The notes beneath the pieces were generated by a model. The model was not told where the DNA came from. It saw only the letters and a list, made by a program, of their open reading frames with translations, and did no database searches. Below, piece by piece: positions 10,314 through 20,759 of a stretch of DNA of 64,000 bases. The position numbers and the translations under genes were made by a program. The stretch spans positions 46,699-110,698 of the forward strand of contig JASEFN010000002.1 in NCBI GenBank assembly GCA_030018355.1, given 5' to 3'. This stretch comes from Caldisericia bacterium (GTDB lineage Bacteria > Caldisericota > Caldisericia > B22-G15). Every line of letters begins with the position of its first letter. Position 1 is the first letter of the stretch.

Positions 10314-10342
10314 TTTATATCATAAATAAATGGTAAAATCAA
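10314..10342 (-). promoter_or_regulatory. candidate sigma-70-type promoter for the rpsB-tsf... operon (TTGATT-17-TGATATAAA)
   Basis: On the minus strand the -35 TTGATT (10337-10342) and an extended -10 TGATATAAA (10314-10322) are 17 nt apart. An about 100-nt structured leader follows before the rpsB ATG. Confidence 0.35.
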
Positions 10343-10400
10343 TAAGAGACTTTTTCAATTGTCTATGCCCATAAATAAGATAGACACATCTTTAATTTTA

Positions 10401-10431
10401 TTAATTAGTTAATTTATTAAAGTGATATAAT
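10401..10431 (+). promoter_or_regulatory. candidate promoter for the dppA-like gene with extended -10 (TGATATAAT)
   Basis: TGaTATAAT at 10423-10431, with the GGAGGTGA Shine-Dalgarno at 10451 and a GTG start at 10461. The -35 is weak (TTAATT). Confidence 0.3.
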
Positions 10432-10460
10432 TATTTAGAAATTTTTAATGGAGGTGATTA

Positions 10461-11273
10461 GTGAAAATATTTATTTCTCTTGATATGGAAGGAATTTCTG
10501 GTTTAACTTATTGGAAAGAAAGTGAAGAAAAAATAGTGAAGTTTATGACAGATGAAGTTTTAGCAGTTTTAGATGGAATAAAAGACTTTGATAAAGATAG
10601 TGAAATTGTATTATGTGATTCTCACTCTCATGGAAGAAATCTCGATATTAAAAGAATTTATGAGGATGTAAGAATAATTTCTGGTTATCCAAGAGAGTTT
10701 TATATGATTTCAGGAGTTGATGAAAGTTTTGATGCAGGAATTTTTATTGGATATCATGCACCAGTTGGATATTTAAATAGTGAAATGGATCACACTTATT
10801 CAAGTTCAACTATTTTTGAAGTTAAAATAAATGGAATTTTAGTTGGAGAGGCGGAAATTAATGGTGCTTTTCTTGGAGAATTTGATGTCCCAGTTGTTTT
10901 AATTTCTGGAGACGATAAACTTAAAAAATTTTCTTTATCTTTTTTCCCTCAAACAACTTTTGTTATAACAAAGGAGTCTCTTGGAAGATTTTCTGCTAAA
11001 CTATACCACCCAGAGTATGTTCATAAAATTTTAAGAGAAGAGACGAAAAACTCTCTTAAAAATATTAAGAGTGTAAAACCATTAAAATTTGATAAACCAA
11101 TTAATATAGAAATAACATTTGTAAATACTCTTATGGCAGAATTTGCATCTCTTATTCCAAACTCCAAAAGATTAGACGGAAGAAGAGTTTGTTTTGAATC
11201 AAATTCATATAAGGATATATATAATTTTTTGATGGCAAGTTTATCTCTTGCCTATAATGCAAAAAACTTTTAG
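10461..11273 (+). CDS. D-aminopeptidase DppA-like (peptidase M55)
   Basis: GTG start. MKIFISLDMEGISG N-terminus is characteristic of the M55 D-aminopeptidase family. Confidence 0.7.
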   Translation: MKIFISLDMEGISGLTYWKESEEKIVKFMTDEVLAVLDGIKDFDKDSEIVLCDSHSHGRNLDIKRIYEDVRIISGYPREFYMISGVDESFDAGIFIGYHAPVGYLNSEMDHTYSSSTIFEVKINGILVGEAEINGAFLGEFDVPVVLISGDDKLKKFSLSFFPQTTFVITKESLGRFSAKLYHPEYVHKILREETKNSLKNIKSVKPLKFDKPINIEITFVNTLMAEFASLIPNSKRLDGRRVCFESNSYKDIYNFLMASLSLAYNAKNF

Positions 11274-11279
11274 ATTGAG

Positions 11280-12539
11280 GTGTGTATGGATTATGACATT
11301 TTAGATATTTCTTTGAACAAAAAGGGATTAAATAAAATTCTTTGGGCAAAAGGTGAGATGAAAGTTTTAAATGAAATAAGTGAAAGATTTAAAAAAGAAA
11401 AACCATTTAAAGGCCTTAAAATAGCATGTTCACTACATATAACTTCAGAGACTGCAAATCTTGTTGTTGCCTTAAAAGAAGGAGGCGCAGAAGTTTTTTT
11501 GTGTGCTTCAAATCCACTTTCCACAAAAGATGATGTTGCAGCATCTCTTGTTAAAGATTTTGGAATACCTGTTTTTGGAATAAGAGGAGAGGATAAAGAG
11601 AAATATTTTAACCATATTGAAAAAGTTATTTTAATAGAACCAGATTTAACAGTTGACGATGGAGGTGATTTAACTGTTATTCTTCATGAGAAATTTAAAT
11701 ATTTAACCCAAAAAATAATCGGAGGAACCGAGGAGACAACAACAGGGGTAATTAGATTAAAAAGTATGGAAAGAGAAAAACTTCTTGCCTATCCTATCAT
11801 TGCTGTAAATAATGCAAAAACAAAGAGATTTTTTGATAATAGATTTGGAACTGGACAATCGACAATTGATGGTTTGCTTAGAGCAACAAACATCCTTCTT
11901 TCAAGTAAAACTTTAGTTGTTATAGGTTTTGGTTTTTGTGGAAAAGGAATTGCTGAGAGAGCAAGAGGAATGGGTGCTCATGTTATTGTATGTGAAGTTG
12001 ACCCAATAAAAGCACTTGAAGCATATATGGAAGGTTATGATGTTATGAAGATTGAGAAATCTCTTCTTTATGGAGACATATTTATAACTGCAACAGGCAA
12101 TAAAAATGTTATAACAAAAGAACACATTTTAAAGATGAAAGATGGTGCAATTCTTGGGAATTCTGGACACTTCAATGTTGAAATTGATGTAGAAGGTTTA
12201 AATGAAATTAGTATTGAAAAAAAAGAAATAAGAGATAATTTAACTGAACATAAATTGATAAATGGTAAAAAAGTTTATCTTATATCTCATGGAAGACTTA
12301 TGAATCTTGGAGCAGCAGAAGGGCACCCATCATCAGTTATGGATATGAGTTTTGCAAATCAAGCACTTTCTCTTGAATATCTTTTAAAAAACAAAGGAGT
12401 TCTCCAAAATAAGGTATATGATGTTCCTCAAGAAATTGATAAAGAAGTTGCTAAAATTAAACTTAAAACACTCGGGATTGAAATAGATAGTTTAACAGAA
12501 GAGCAAGAAAAATATCTTATGAGTTGGAAAATTGATTAA
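11280..12539 (+). CDS. ahcY: adenosylhomocysteinase
   Basis: 419 aa. NAD-binding GFGxCGKG, and HGRLMNLGAAEGHPSSVMD typical of SAH hydrolase. Confidence 0.9.
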   Translation: MCMDYDILDISLNKKGLNKILWAKGEMKVLNEISERFKKEKPFKGLKIACSLHITSETANLVVALKEGGAEVFLCASNPLSTKDDVAASLVKDFGIPVFGIRGEDKEKYFNHIEKVILIEPDLTVDDGGDLTVILHEKFKYLTQKIIGGTEETTTGVIRLKSMEREKLLAYPIIAVNNAKTKRFFDNRFGTGQSTIDGLLRATNILLSSKTLVVIGFGFCGKGIAERARGMGAHVIVCEVDPIKALEAYMEGYDVMKIEKSLLYGDIFITATGNKNVITKEHILKMKDGAILGNSGHFNVEIDVEGLNEISIEKKEIRDNLTEHKLINGKKVYLISHGRLMNLGAAEGHPSSVMDMSFANQALSLEYLLKNKGVLQNKVYDVPQEIDKEVAKIKLKTLGIEIDSLTEEQEKYLMSWKID

Positions 12540-12547
12540 AAATAAAA

Positions 12548-12622
12548 TGGTGGCCCCAGGCGGAATCGAACCGCCATTGCCGCCTTGAAAGAGCGGTGTC
12601 CTAACCGTTAGACGATGAGGCC
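12548..12622 (-). tRNA. tRNA-Glu (anticodon UUC)
   Basis: Cloverleaf read by hand: acceptor GGCCTCA/TGGGGCC, anticodon loop CTTTCAA, T-loop GGTTCGATTCC, encoded CCA. GC-rich stems. Confidence 0.8.
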
Positions 12623-12626
12623 ACCA

Positions 12627-12702
12627 TGGTGAGCCGCGCAGGAATCGAACCTGCGACACCCGGCTTAAAAGGCCGGTGCTCTACCGACTGAGCTAGCGGC
12701 CC
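12627..12702 (-). tRNA. tRNA-Lys (anticodon UUU)
   Basis: GGGCCGCTAGCTCAGTCGGTAGAGCACCGGCCTTTTAAGCCGGGTGTCGCAGGTTCGATTCCTGCGCGGCTCACCA. Anticodon loop CTTTTAA. It lies 4 nt upstream of tRNA-Glu. Confidence 0.85.
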
Positions 12703-12713
12703 AATTCATTTTA

Positions 12714-12741
12714 ATTTTACAAATTATTAAAAATATGTCAA
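12714..12741 (-). promoter_or_regulatory. near-consensus promoter for the tRNA-Lys/tRNA-Glu pair (TTGACA-16-TAAAAT)
   Basis: On the minus strand, TTGACA (12736-12741) and TAAAAT (12714-12719) lie about 10 nt upstream of the tRNA-Lys 5' end. Confidence 0.5.
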
Positions 12742-12832
12742 GAGATTTTTAATTTAATCTAATTATTGTGAAATGATAAAGTAGTTAATTTTATTTTTAT
12801 AAGAGTAATATAAACTGAAGATTTAAGATGGA

Positions 12833-13501
12833 TTAATATCTTGGTTTATGGGGGTTTGTCTTTATAAGTTTTCCCTCAAAAGCGTAAATTGCTCTTTCGC
12901 ATAAATTTGTTATGTGATCTCCGATTCTTTCATAATGTTGACTTATTTGAAGTAAAGCATTTGCTCTTTTTATGTTTTTTGGATCTTCGAGCATATATGT
13001 TAATAGTTCTCTAAAAATTTGTGAGTTCAAATCATCTAAAATATCATCATCTTCAATTGTTATTCTACATAATTCAGTGTCTTTTTCTAAAAATCCTTTA
13101 ATTGCATTATCAAGCATTTTAATACAAATATCTTTCATTCTTGGCAAATCAATTAAAGGTTTTAAATGTGGCTCATCTGCGATTGTCATTGTTATTTCTG
13201 CTATATCAACACAGTGATCAGCCATCCTTTCAAGATCTATATTGTCAAAGAGGATTGCACTTATTACTCTCAGGCTCTCTGCTTTTGGGTCTTGTGTTGC
13301 AATTACTTGAAGAGCCTCTTTTTCAAGTTCAATTGATTTTTCATCAATCAAATCATCCCTATCGATAACTTCTTTACACAAATTTTTATCTCTTTCTTTT
13401 AATCCTATAAAAGATTTTTCCATTTGATCTCTCACAAGAAGTGAGAGATTAACTAATTTCTCTTTTAAATCTAAAATTTTTTTATCTAAGATTTCACTCA
13501 T
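12833..13501 (-). CDS. phoU: phosphate signalling complex protein PhoU
   Basis: 222 aa with two PhoU repeats (E..IGDH). Last gene of the pst operon. Confidence 0.85.
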   Translation of the reverse strand: MSEILDKKILDLKEKLVNLSLLVRDQMEKSFIGLKERDKNLCKEVIDRDDLIDEKSIELEKEALQVIATQDPKAESLRVISAILFDNIDLERMADHCVDIAEITMTIADEPHLKPLIDLPRMKDICIKMLDNAIKGFLEKDTELCRITIEDDDILDDLNSQIFRELLTYMLEDPKNIKRANALLQISQHYERIGDHITNLCERAIYAFEGKLIKTNPHKPRY

Positions 13502-13516
13502 TCACTTTTACTCCTT

Positions 13517-14275
13517 TCATCCAATTTTTCCTAAAAGATACTCTTCTGTTTTTTTATTTTTTGGTACTGTAAAGAGATCCGTTGTTTTTCCATACTCAAT
13601 AAGTTCACCAAGATAAAAGAAAGCAGTATAATCAGAAACTCTACCTGCCTGTCCAATATTATGAGTTACTAAAATAATTGTAACACTTTTTTTAAGTTCA
13701 ATCATTAATTCCTCAATTCTAAGAGTTGAAATTGGATCAAGCGCAGATGTTGGTTCATCTAATAGTAAAATTTCTGGATTCATTGCAAGTGCTCTTGCTA
13801 TACATAATCTTTGTTGTTGTCCTCCAGAAAGAAATACTCCTCTTTTAAAAAGATTATCTTTAACTTCATCCCAAAGTCCACTTTTTTTAAGAGAATCTTC
13901 AACAATTCTATCCTTTTCTTCTTTTGAGAGTTTAATTCCTGTTAAAATATATCCTGCAATTACATTATCATAAATAGACATTGTGGGAAAGGGATTTGGT
14001 TTTTGAAAAACCATTCCTATTTTTTGTCTTACAATCATAGGATCCATTTTATATATATCTTCTCCATTTAAAAGAATTTCACCCTCAACTTTTGCATTAG
14101 GCACAAGTTCGTGTAACCTATTTAAACATCTAATAAAAGTTGTTTTACCACAACCAGATGGTCCTAAAATTGAGGTTATTTTATTTTTATAGATATCTAA
14201 ATTAATTTCATTTAAAACTTTATTATCTCCAAAATATGCTGATAGGTTTTTAATAGATAATATTACATTTTCCAT
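13517..14275 (-). CDS. pstB: phosphate ABC transporter ATP-binding protein
   Basis: Walker [19 protein letters not shown] signature and Walker [13 protein letters not shown]. Confidence 0.9.
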   Translation of the reverse strand: MENVILSIKNLSAYFGDNKVLNEINLDIYKNKITSILGPSGCGKTTFIRCLNRLHELVPNAKVEGEILLNGEDIYKMDPMIVRQKIGMVFQKPNPFPTMSIYDNVIAGYILTGIKLSKEEKDRIVEDSLKKSGLWDEVKDNLFKRGVFLSGGQQQRLCIARALAMNPEILLLDEPTSALDPISTLRIEELMIELKKSVTIILVTHNIGQAGRVSDYTAFFYLGELIEYGKTTDLFTVPKNKKTEEYLLGKIG

Positions 14276-15111
14276 TTCTTCTCTAAAGCCCTTCCTATTA
14301 AATTAATAGATAATACAATTATAATCAAAATGATCGAGGCTGCAAATGCTTGATTGTGCCACTCCTTATATGGACTTGTTGCATAAACAAAAATTACATA
14401 TGGAATTGTACTCATTGGTTTAAAAATATTTAAATTTAAGAATTGATTTCCAAAAGCAGTAAATAAAAGCGGAGCAGTTTCTCCCATAATTCTTGAAATA
14501 CCAAGAAGTATTCCTGTAAAAATTCCAACAAAACCATAAGGTAAAAGAATTTTTAAAACTACCCTATAATATGGAGCACCAAGTGCAATTGCACCTTCTT
14601 TTATCTCTTGAGGCACCATATTTAAAATTTCTTCTGTCGATTTGATAATTATTGGCAGCATCATAATTGCAAGTGCTATACTTCCTGAAATTGCAGAAAA
14701 GTGTTTTAGTGGTTTAACAATCCAAATATAACCTATTATACCTATTACAATAGATGGTATACCTTGAAGCGTATCGATTAAAATTTTAACAACTTCACTA
14801 AATTTTGTCTCTTTGTATTCTGATAGAAAAACTCCAACAATAATTCCAATTGGAATTGAAATTAATGCTGCAATTCCAACTATTATAAAACTACCAATAA
14901 TTGCATTAAAAATTCCACCGCCAGCTTCTCCCATTGGTTTAGGAAGAGAAGTTATAAATCTTAAGGAAAGATATCTAAAACCCCTTATAGAAACAAAATA
15001 AATTATAAGGAAAAGAGGAATTATAGAGATAAAAGTAAGAATTGTTACAAATTTTTTAAATATTTTATCTTTTATGACCCTTTTTTTATTAATATAATCA
15101 AGTTTATTCAT
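14263..15111 (-). CDS. pstA: phosphate ABC transporter permease PstA
   Basis: Six-TM permease with an EAA-like loop, in pst operon context. Confidence 0.8.
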   Translation of the reverse strand: MNKLDYINKKRVIKDKIFKKFVTILTFISIIPLFLIIYFVSIRGFRYLSLRFITSLPKPMGEAGGGIFNAIIGSFIIVGIAALISIPIGIIVGVFLSEYKETKFSEVVKILIDTLQGIPSIVIGIIGYIWIVKPLKHFSAISGSIALAIMMLPIIIKSTEEILNMVPQEIKEGAIALGAPYYRVVLKILLPYGFVGIFTGILLGISRIMGETAPLLFTAFGNQFLNLNIFKPMSTIPYVIFVYATSPYKEWHNQAFAASIILIIIVLSINLIGRALEKKWKM

Positions 15112-15113
15112 AT

Positions 15114-15977
15114 TTAAAATGTAACCTTTCTTATAATGACTCTTCCTAAAATATTAATTAAAACAGAAATAATAAATAGTATTAAACCTATTTCAATTAA
15201 TGAGGAAAGATGTAATATAGAGGTTGCTTCTGTAAATTCATTTGCTATTAAACTTGCCATAGTTTGTCCAGGAGAAAATATGCTTTTTGGAATTCTATTT
15301 GCATTTCCTATTACCATTGTAACAGCCATTGTTTCTCCAAAAGCCCTTCCAAATGAAAGAAGAAATCCACCAAAAATTCCTTTAAATGATGTTGGAATTA
15401 AAATTCCTTTTATAACTTCAAACTCTGTTGCACCAAGTGAAATTGCTCCTTCTTTTACCTCTATTGGAACAAGAGATAATACTTCCTTTCCTATTGATGC
15501 AGAATATGGAATTATCATAATTGAAAGAATAAGAGAAGCGGTAAAAATTCCAACTCCAATTGGTTGAATTCCTAATTTTGCTTGAATGTTTCTTATAATA
15601 GGTGCTAAAATAAAAAGACCCCATAATCCAACTATTACAGATGGTATTCCTGCAATTAATTCAATAAGAGTTTGAAGTAATTTTGATATTGTTCTATTTT
15701 TTAATAATTCTGAAAGATAAATAGAGATTGAAAGCGAGAAAGGTATAGTAATTAAAAGAGATATAAATGAAGTTAAAAGTGTTCCAATAATAAATGGAAC
15801 TGCTCCAAATTTTAGGTTGACAGGGTCCCACTCTTTTGTGAACAAAAAGCGTATTCCATATTCTTTAAGAGAAGAAATTGAAGAGAAGACAAGAGATAGG
15901 AAAATTGCTGAGAGTAAAATTACCATTAAAAATCCACCTGAAATTAAAATTATTTTAAAGACCCTGTCAACCTTCAT
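15114..15977 (-). CDS. pstC: phosphate ABC transporter permease PstC
   Basis: Polytopic ABC permease lying between pstS and pstA. Confidence 0.8.
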   Translation of the reverse strand: MKVDRVFKIILISGGFLMVILLSAIFLSLVFSSISSLKEYGIRFLFTKEWDPVNLKFGAVPFIIGTLLTSFISLLITIPFSLSISIYLSELLKNRTISKLLQTLIELIAGIPSVIVGLWGLFILAPIIRNIQAKLGIQPIGVGIFTASLILSIMIIPYSASIGKEVLSLVPIEVKEGAISLGATEFEVIKGILIPTSFKGIFGGFLLSFGRAFGETMAVTMVIGNANRIPKSIFSPGQTMASLIANEFTEATSILHLSSLIEIGLILFIISVLINILGRVIIRKVTF

Positions 15978-15994
15978 ATCTCTACCTTATTATA

Positions 15995-17062
15995 CTATTT
16001 AACCTCTTTTCCATCAAATGTTATACTTTTAATATTTTCTACGTTAATTTTTCTAACTGCTTCCGGAATTTTTGCATAAAGAAGTTGTTCATTAATCTCT
16101 TGAGCTTCTTCACTATTCATCCATTTTAATAATTCAACAAGTGCTTTTACTCTATTGTAGTTTCTTCCACCATAATTTTGTTCTTTATAGACAATAATCC
16201 AAGTGAAACTTGATATAGGATATCCATCTGGGTTATCTGTATCAGTAATTGAAACTTTTGTATGTTTTGGAAGAGAAACATTAGCAGAGGCAGAAATTGA
16301 TTTTAAATTTGCATCAACAAATTTACCAGATTTATTTTTGATCATAGCATATTGCATACCATTTTGTTCTGCATAAATAAGTTCAACATATCCTATGGCA
16401 CCTAATGTTTGTTGAACTATACCCGCAACTCCAGGATTTCCTTTTCCACCTAAACCAACTTTCCAATTTAGAGATTTTCCGACCCCCATTTCTTTTTTCC
16501 AAGATTCACTAACTTTTGAAAGATAATCACTAAAAACATATGTTGTTCCACTTCCATCAGATCTATGAGCAACTGTTATATCTAAATTGGGTAATGTAAC
16601 TTCTGGATTAAGAGATTGAATTCGTGGATCATTCCATTTTGTTATTTTTCCCATAAATATATCAGCAACAACATCACCTGTAAGTTTTAATTTTGGATTA
16701 TTAGGTAGATTATAAGTTACAACAACTGCACCAAGCGCAACAGGAATATGAATTACTTCTGCTCCTGCTCTTTTCTCTTCATCTTCATTCATTGGAGCAT
16801 CTGATGCACCAAAATCAACAACTTTTTCAATTAATTGTTGAATACCACCACCTGAACCTATTCCTTGATAATTAACTTTAACTAAACCATTTGTCTTTGT
16901 GTAATAATAATCAAACCATTTTATATAAAGTGGTTGAGGAAATGTTGCTCCTGCTCCCAAAAGTTCAACAGGCTCACTCTTTCCTTCTTTTTTACAAGCA
17001 GTTAGAGAAATGAGTGATACTACCAAACCTAAAATAATGATGCTTAAAACAAACTTTTTCAT
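15995..17062 (-). CDS. pstS: phosphate-binding protein PstS (lipoprotein)
   Basis: Signal peptide plus lipobox (LISLTAC) and a PBP-like type-2 fold sequence (GAGATFP, SGTT). Confidence 0.85.
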   Translation of the reverse strand: MKKFVLSIIILGLVVSLISLTACKKEGKSEPVELLGAGATFPQPLYIKWFDYYYTKTNGLVKVNYQGIGSGGGIQQLIEKVVDFGASDAPMNEDEEKRAGAEVIHIPVALGAVVVTYNLPNNPKLKLTGDVVADIFMGKITKWNDPRIQSLNPEVTLPNLDITVAHRSDGSGTTYVFSDYLSKVSESWKKEMGVGKSLNWKVGLGGKGNPGVAGIVQQTLGAIGYVELIYAEQNGMQYAMIKNKSGKFVDANLKSISASANVSLPKHTKVSITDTDNPDGYPISSFTWIIVYKEQNYGGRNYNRVKALVELLKWMNSEEAQEINEQLLYAKIPEAVRKINVENIKSITFDGKEVK

Positions 17063-17109
17063 AAAAAACCTCCTAAAAAGTTTTTCACAATTTTATTTTT
17101 CCATTATTT

Positions 17110-17150
17110 TGTTAATTAAAATTAATTTTTTTGTTAATTTTCTGTTAATT
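17110..17150 (-). promoter_or_regulatory. Pho box: four 11-bp-phased TTAACA-like direct repeats upstream of pstS
   Basis: On the plus strand, gTTAATT occurs at 17111, 17122 (aTTAATT), 17133 and 17144. The reverse complement is AATTAACA, the Bacillus PhoP consensus TT(A/T/C)ACA, at 11-bp periodicity. One repeat overlaps the phoR stop codon. Confidence 0.5.
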
Positions 17151-18861
17151 TTTGAGGAAGTGTAATTTTAAATTTTGTCCCTTTTCCTAATTCACTCTCT
17201 ACTTCAATTTTACCTTTATGAAGAATAATTATATGTTTAACAATTGAAAGACCTAAACCTGTTCCTCCACTTTTTCTTGATCTTGATTTATCAACAACAT
17301 AAAATCTTTCAAAAATTCTATTTAAACTCTCTTTTGGAATTCCAATTCCACTGTCTTCAATTTCAAAATATGCATTTTCCATATCTTTATAAAAACTAAT
17401 TTTTATATATCCACTATCTGTATAATTTATTGCATTATCAATTAAATTAATTAAAACTTGCTCAATCTTAAACTCATCCCCTAAAATGGTAGTATCTTTA
17501 GTTTTTATATCTAATATAAGATCAAGACCTTTATTTTTAATTTTTTCTTCAAAAATTTTTAGAATATTTTGAAGAGTTTTTTTGAAATCAAATTCTTTCA
17601 TCTCAATTTCTTTTTTTTCTTCAAGTTTTGAAAGAGTTAAAAGATCATTAATAATATTTATCATTCTGTCTATGTTTCTTTTTATTATTTCAATATATTT
17701 TTTATTTTTTACTTCATTTTCTATTGTTTCTATAAAGCCCTTTATTACAGTTATTGGTGTTTTCAATTCATGTGATGCATCTTTAACAAAATCTCTTTTA
17801 ATTTCCTCAAACTTTTTAATAGATGTTATATCAAAAATTGTAAAGATTCTCTCCTTTGTTTTATCAATTAGACTTTTTGATATTAAATAAAACCCATTTA
17901 ATTTTTCAAACTCTTTTTTCTCAAAAAAATCTCTTTTTAAACCATTTTCAATAAAGGTAAGAATATCCAAATCTTTAATTATTGACCAATAATATTTATT
18001 AATAAAGTTTTTTTCATTAAAAAACTCCTCAAATTTTTTATTTGCAAATGTTATTATACCTTGCTGATCAACAACAAATATAACTTCGTCTGTTGAAGTG
18101 AGAATTGAGTTTAACCTGTCCTTATTAATATCAACTTGATCTAATAAATTCTCTATTTTTTCTCCAAGTATATTTATATTTTCATCGATCTCTTTAAATT
18201 CTTCATTTTTTAATATAATTTTATCTTTAAATTCTCCTTTGATAATTTTTGAAATTTTTAAATTTATAAGATTAAGAGATTCTCTAATTTTTTTTGAATA
18301 GAGATATAAAATATAAAAACCAATTAGAAAAGAGATAATTGAAATTGTTGTTATTTCAGAAATTAGGGTGAATATAACCCTATTTAATTCTTTTAATGAT
18401 AAACTTGTTCTGATTACTACCTTTTTATTATCAATATTAATTGGAACAGCTATATAAAGCATATCTTCATTTGTTGTTGTTGAAAATCTTATTGATTTTC
18501 CTATTTTTTCATTTAATGCTTCTATAACTTCAGGTCTACTTTTATGATTATCCATAAATTCTATATTGAAAATTGAATCACCTAAAACAACTCCATTTTC
18601 ATCTATTATTGTTATTCTATATCCCTCTAAAATTTTTATGCTTTTTATAAAACTATCAATTTCATTAATTCTATTTTCTTTATGAAATTTTTTTATCTCT
18701 TCAGAAATTGAATTAGCAATCATTATTAAATTTAATTCATAACTTTTAATAAACTCTCTTCTTATATAAAATGTAGATACTGAAATAATAAAAATAAAAG
18801 AGATGAGAAGTGATATTAAAATTTGTCTTATTAATCTTTTCTCTAAATTACTCCTCTTCAA
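17134..18861 (-). CDS. phoR: sensor histidine kinase (PhoR-like)
   Basis: N-terminal TM and sensor region, PAS-like segment, HELKTP H-box, and N/G1/G2 ATPase motifs (DNAINYT, DSGIGIP, GGTGLGLSIVK). Lies adjacent to the pst operon. Confidence 0.75.
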   Translation of the reverse strand: MKRSNLEKRLIRQILISLLISFIFIISVSTFYIRREFIKSYELNLIMIANSISEEIKKFHKENRINEIDSFIKSIKILEGYRITIIDENGVVLGDSIFNIEFMDNHKSRPEVIEALNEKIGKSIRFSTTTNEDMLYIAVPINIDNKKVVIRTSLSLKELNRVIFTLISEITTISIISFLIGFYILYLYSKKIRESLNLINLKISKIIKGEFKDKIILKNEEFKEIDENINILGEKIENLLDQVDINKDRLNSILTSTDEVIFVVDQQGIITFANKKFEEFFNEKNFINKYYWSIIKDLDILTFIENGLKRDFFEKKEFEKLNGFYLISKSLIDKTKERIFTIFDITSIKKFEEIKRDFVKDASHELKTPITVIKGFIETIENEVKNKKYIEIIKRNIDRMINIINDLLTLSKLEEKKEIEMKEFDFKKTLQNILKIFEEKIKNKGLDLILDIKTKDTTILGDEFKIEQVLINLIDNAINYTDSGYIKISFYKDMENAYFEIEDSGIGIPKESLNRIFERFYVVDKSRSRKSGGTGLGLSIVKHIIILHKGKIEVESELGKGTKFKITLPQKLTEN

Positions 18862-19525
18862 ATTTATATCCTACTCCTCTTACATTTTTTATATAACTTC
18901 CAAAATTTTTTAATTTATCTCTCAAGTGTTTTATATGTACATCTATTGTCCTGTCTATAACTATTTTATCCATTCCCCATAATATATCAAGAAGTTCATC
19001 TCTTGTAAGAACTTCCCCCTTTCTTTTATATAAAGTAAGCAAAATATTAAATTCAGTTTTTGTTAAATTTATCTCTTCATTATCTATATAAACTTCATAT
19101 TTCTTCGGATAAATTATGAAATTTTCATTTATTACTATTTTCTCTTCATCTTGTTTAGATTTTGCCCTTCTTAATAGTGCTTTAACTCTTGCAATTAATT
19201 CTCTTACTGAAAATGGTTTGACTATATAATCATCACCACCAATCTCAAAGCCAACTATTTTATCTATTTCACTCCCTTTTGCTGTTAATATTATTATTGG
19301 AGTTTGCGGTGATCTGTTTTTTATTAATTTTATTAACTCAAAGCCATCAATATCTGGAAGCATAAGATCAATTATCATAAGATCAAAATTCTCTTTTTCA
19401 ACCCATTTTAGAGCACTTTCACCATTTTCAAAAAGAAAAGTTTTATAACCAGAATTTTTTAAGTTTATATCAATTAGTTCTAAAATATCTTTTTCATCAT
19501 CAACAATTCCAATTTTTTCATTCAT
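18848..19525 (-). CDS. phoP: OmpR/PhoB-family response regulator (PhoP-like)
   Basis: Receiver domain (phospho-acceptor in DLMLPDIDG, conserved T and K) plus a winged-helix C-terminus. Overlaps phoR. Confidence 0.75.
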   Translation of the reverse strand: MNEKIGIVDDEKDILELIDINLKNSGYKTFLFENGESALKWVEKENFDLMIIDLMLPDIDGFELIKLIKNRSPQTPIIILTAKGSEIDKIVGFEIGGDDYIVKPFSVRELIARVKALLRRAKSKQDEEKIVINENFIIYPKKYEVYIDNEEINLTKTEFNILLTLYKRKGEVLTRDELLDILWGMDKIVIDRTIDVHIKHLRDKLKNFGSYIKNVRGVGYKFEEE

Positions 19526-19570
19526 ATTCTTAATAAAATTATATAATTTCTTTATGCTAAAATTTAAAAT

Positions 19571-20317
19571 ATGTATAAGGATTTAGAAATATTAAAACAA
19601 CTGATTGAAAATTCAAATAATATTGTATCTCTCACTGGCGCAGGGATTTCAACAAATGCAGGAATTCCAGATTTTAGAGGTCCTATGGGAATATATACAA
19701 CAAAAAGATATGATCCAGATAAGACTTTTGATATAAATTATTTTTTTGTTTATCCAGAATACTTTTATGATTTTGCAAGGGATTTTTTATCTCTTCTTGA
19801 AAAAGCAATTCCCACCTTTACTCATAAATTTTTAGCAAAACTTGAAAGAGTAGGAAAATTAAAAGGAGTAATAACTCAAAATATTGATATGTTACATGAG
19901 AGGTCAGGAAATAAAATTGTATTGACTCTTCATGGTTCAATTGAGAAATCTTTCTGTGTAAGTTGTGGTAAAGAATATTCTCTTAGTGAGATGAAAGAGA
20001 AATTAAAATTTCAAAAAGTTCCAAAATGTGATTTATGTGAAGGATTAATAAAACCAAATATTGTTTTTTTTGGAGAAAGTGTGCACCATTTTGATGAAGC
20101 GGTTGAACTTGTTAAAAAATGTGATCTTCTTCTTGTTATTGGAACAAGTTTAAAAGTTTATCCTGCCTCTCTTTTGCCTCAATTTACAAATGGAAAAGTT
20201 GTTATTATTAATAAAGGAGATGTTTCATTAAAAAATGTTAAATATGATCTCTATATAAACTCAGATATTGATGAAGTTTTTAAAGAGTTAGATAAAATTT
20301 TGAACTTGGAGGTTTAA
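19571..20317 (+). CDS. cobB: NAD-dependent protein deacylase (sirtuin)
   Basis: GAGISTNAGIPDFRGP, catalytic H in QNIDMLHERSG, and a Zn ribbon CxxC..CxxC. Housekeeping-size sirtuin of 248 aa. Confidence 0.85.
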   Translation: MYKDLEILKQLIENSNNIVSLTGAGISTNAGIPDFRGPMGIYTTKRYDPDKTFDINYFFVYPEYFYDFARDFLSLLEKAIPTFTHKFLAKLERVGKLKGVITQNIDMLHERSGNKIVLTLHGSIEKSFCVSCGKEYSLSEMKEKLKFQKVPKCDLCEGLIKPNIVFFGESVHHFDEAVELVKKCDLLLVIGTSLKVYPASLLPQFTNGKVVIINKGDVSLKNVKYDLYINSDIDEVFKELDKILNLEV

Positions 20318-20318
20318 T

Positions 20319-20759
20319 ATGATTGAAGAGAGAATTAAAGAACTTGGCCTTTCTTTACCAGAACCAACAAAACCAGTTGGTTCTTATATTCCATGTAAAA
20401 GAGTTGGAAATATACTTTTTCTTTCTGGTGTTATTTCTGAGAAAAAAGGAAAATTAGGAGAAAATTTAACAGTAGAAGAGGGATATGAAGAGAGTAAAAA
20501 GGTTCTTTTAAAACTCCTCGCAAATTTAAAAAATGAGATTGGAACTCTTGATAAAGTAAAAGAGATAATAAAGGTAGAGGGATTTGTTTCATCAAATGAT
20601 GACTTTTTTGATCAACCAAAAGTTATAAATGGCGCAAGCGATCTTCTTTTCCAAATTTTTGGAGAGAAAGGAAAACACTCAAGAGTTGCTATAGGAGTAA
20701 AAAATTTGCCATTAAATGCTGCAATTGAAATATCAATGATTGTGGAGGTCTATGAATGA
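20319..20759 (+). CDS. ridA: RidA/YjgF-family reactive intermediate deaminase
   Basis: 146 aa. YjgF/chorismate-mutase-like fold sequence (PVGSYIPCKRVGNILFLSG... AIGVKNLPLNAAIEI). Confidence 0.7.
   Translation: MIEERIKELGLSLPEPTKPVGSYIPCKRVGNILFLSGVISEKKGKLGENLTVEEGYEESKKVLLKLLANLKNEIGTLDKVKEIIKVEGFVSSNDDFFDQPKVINGASDLLFQIFGEKGKHSRVAIGVKNLPLNAAIEISMIVEVYE

Noticed and set aside
19571-20317. Sir2-domain gene considered as part of an anti-phage Sir2/HerA-type defence system together with the HerA-like ATPase at 47778-49349.
   Set aside because: The Sir2 protein has housekeeping CobB size and motifs (Zn ribbon, catalytic His). It sits in a ridA-HD-ogt context. It is 27 kb away from the ATPase, with no flanking mobile elements.
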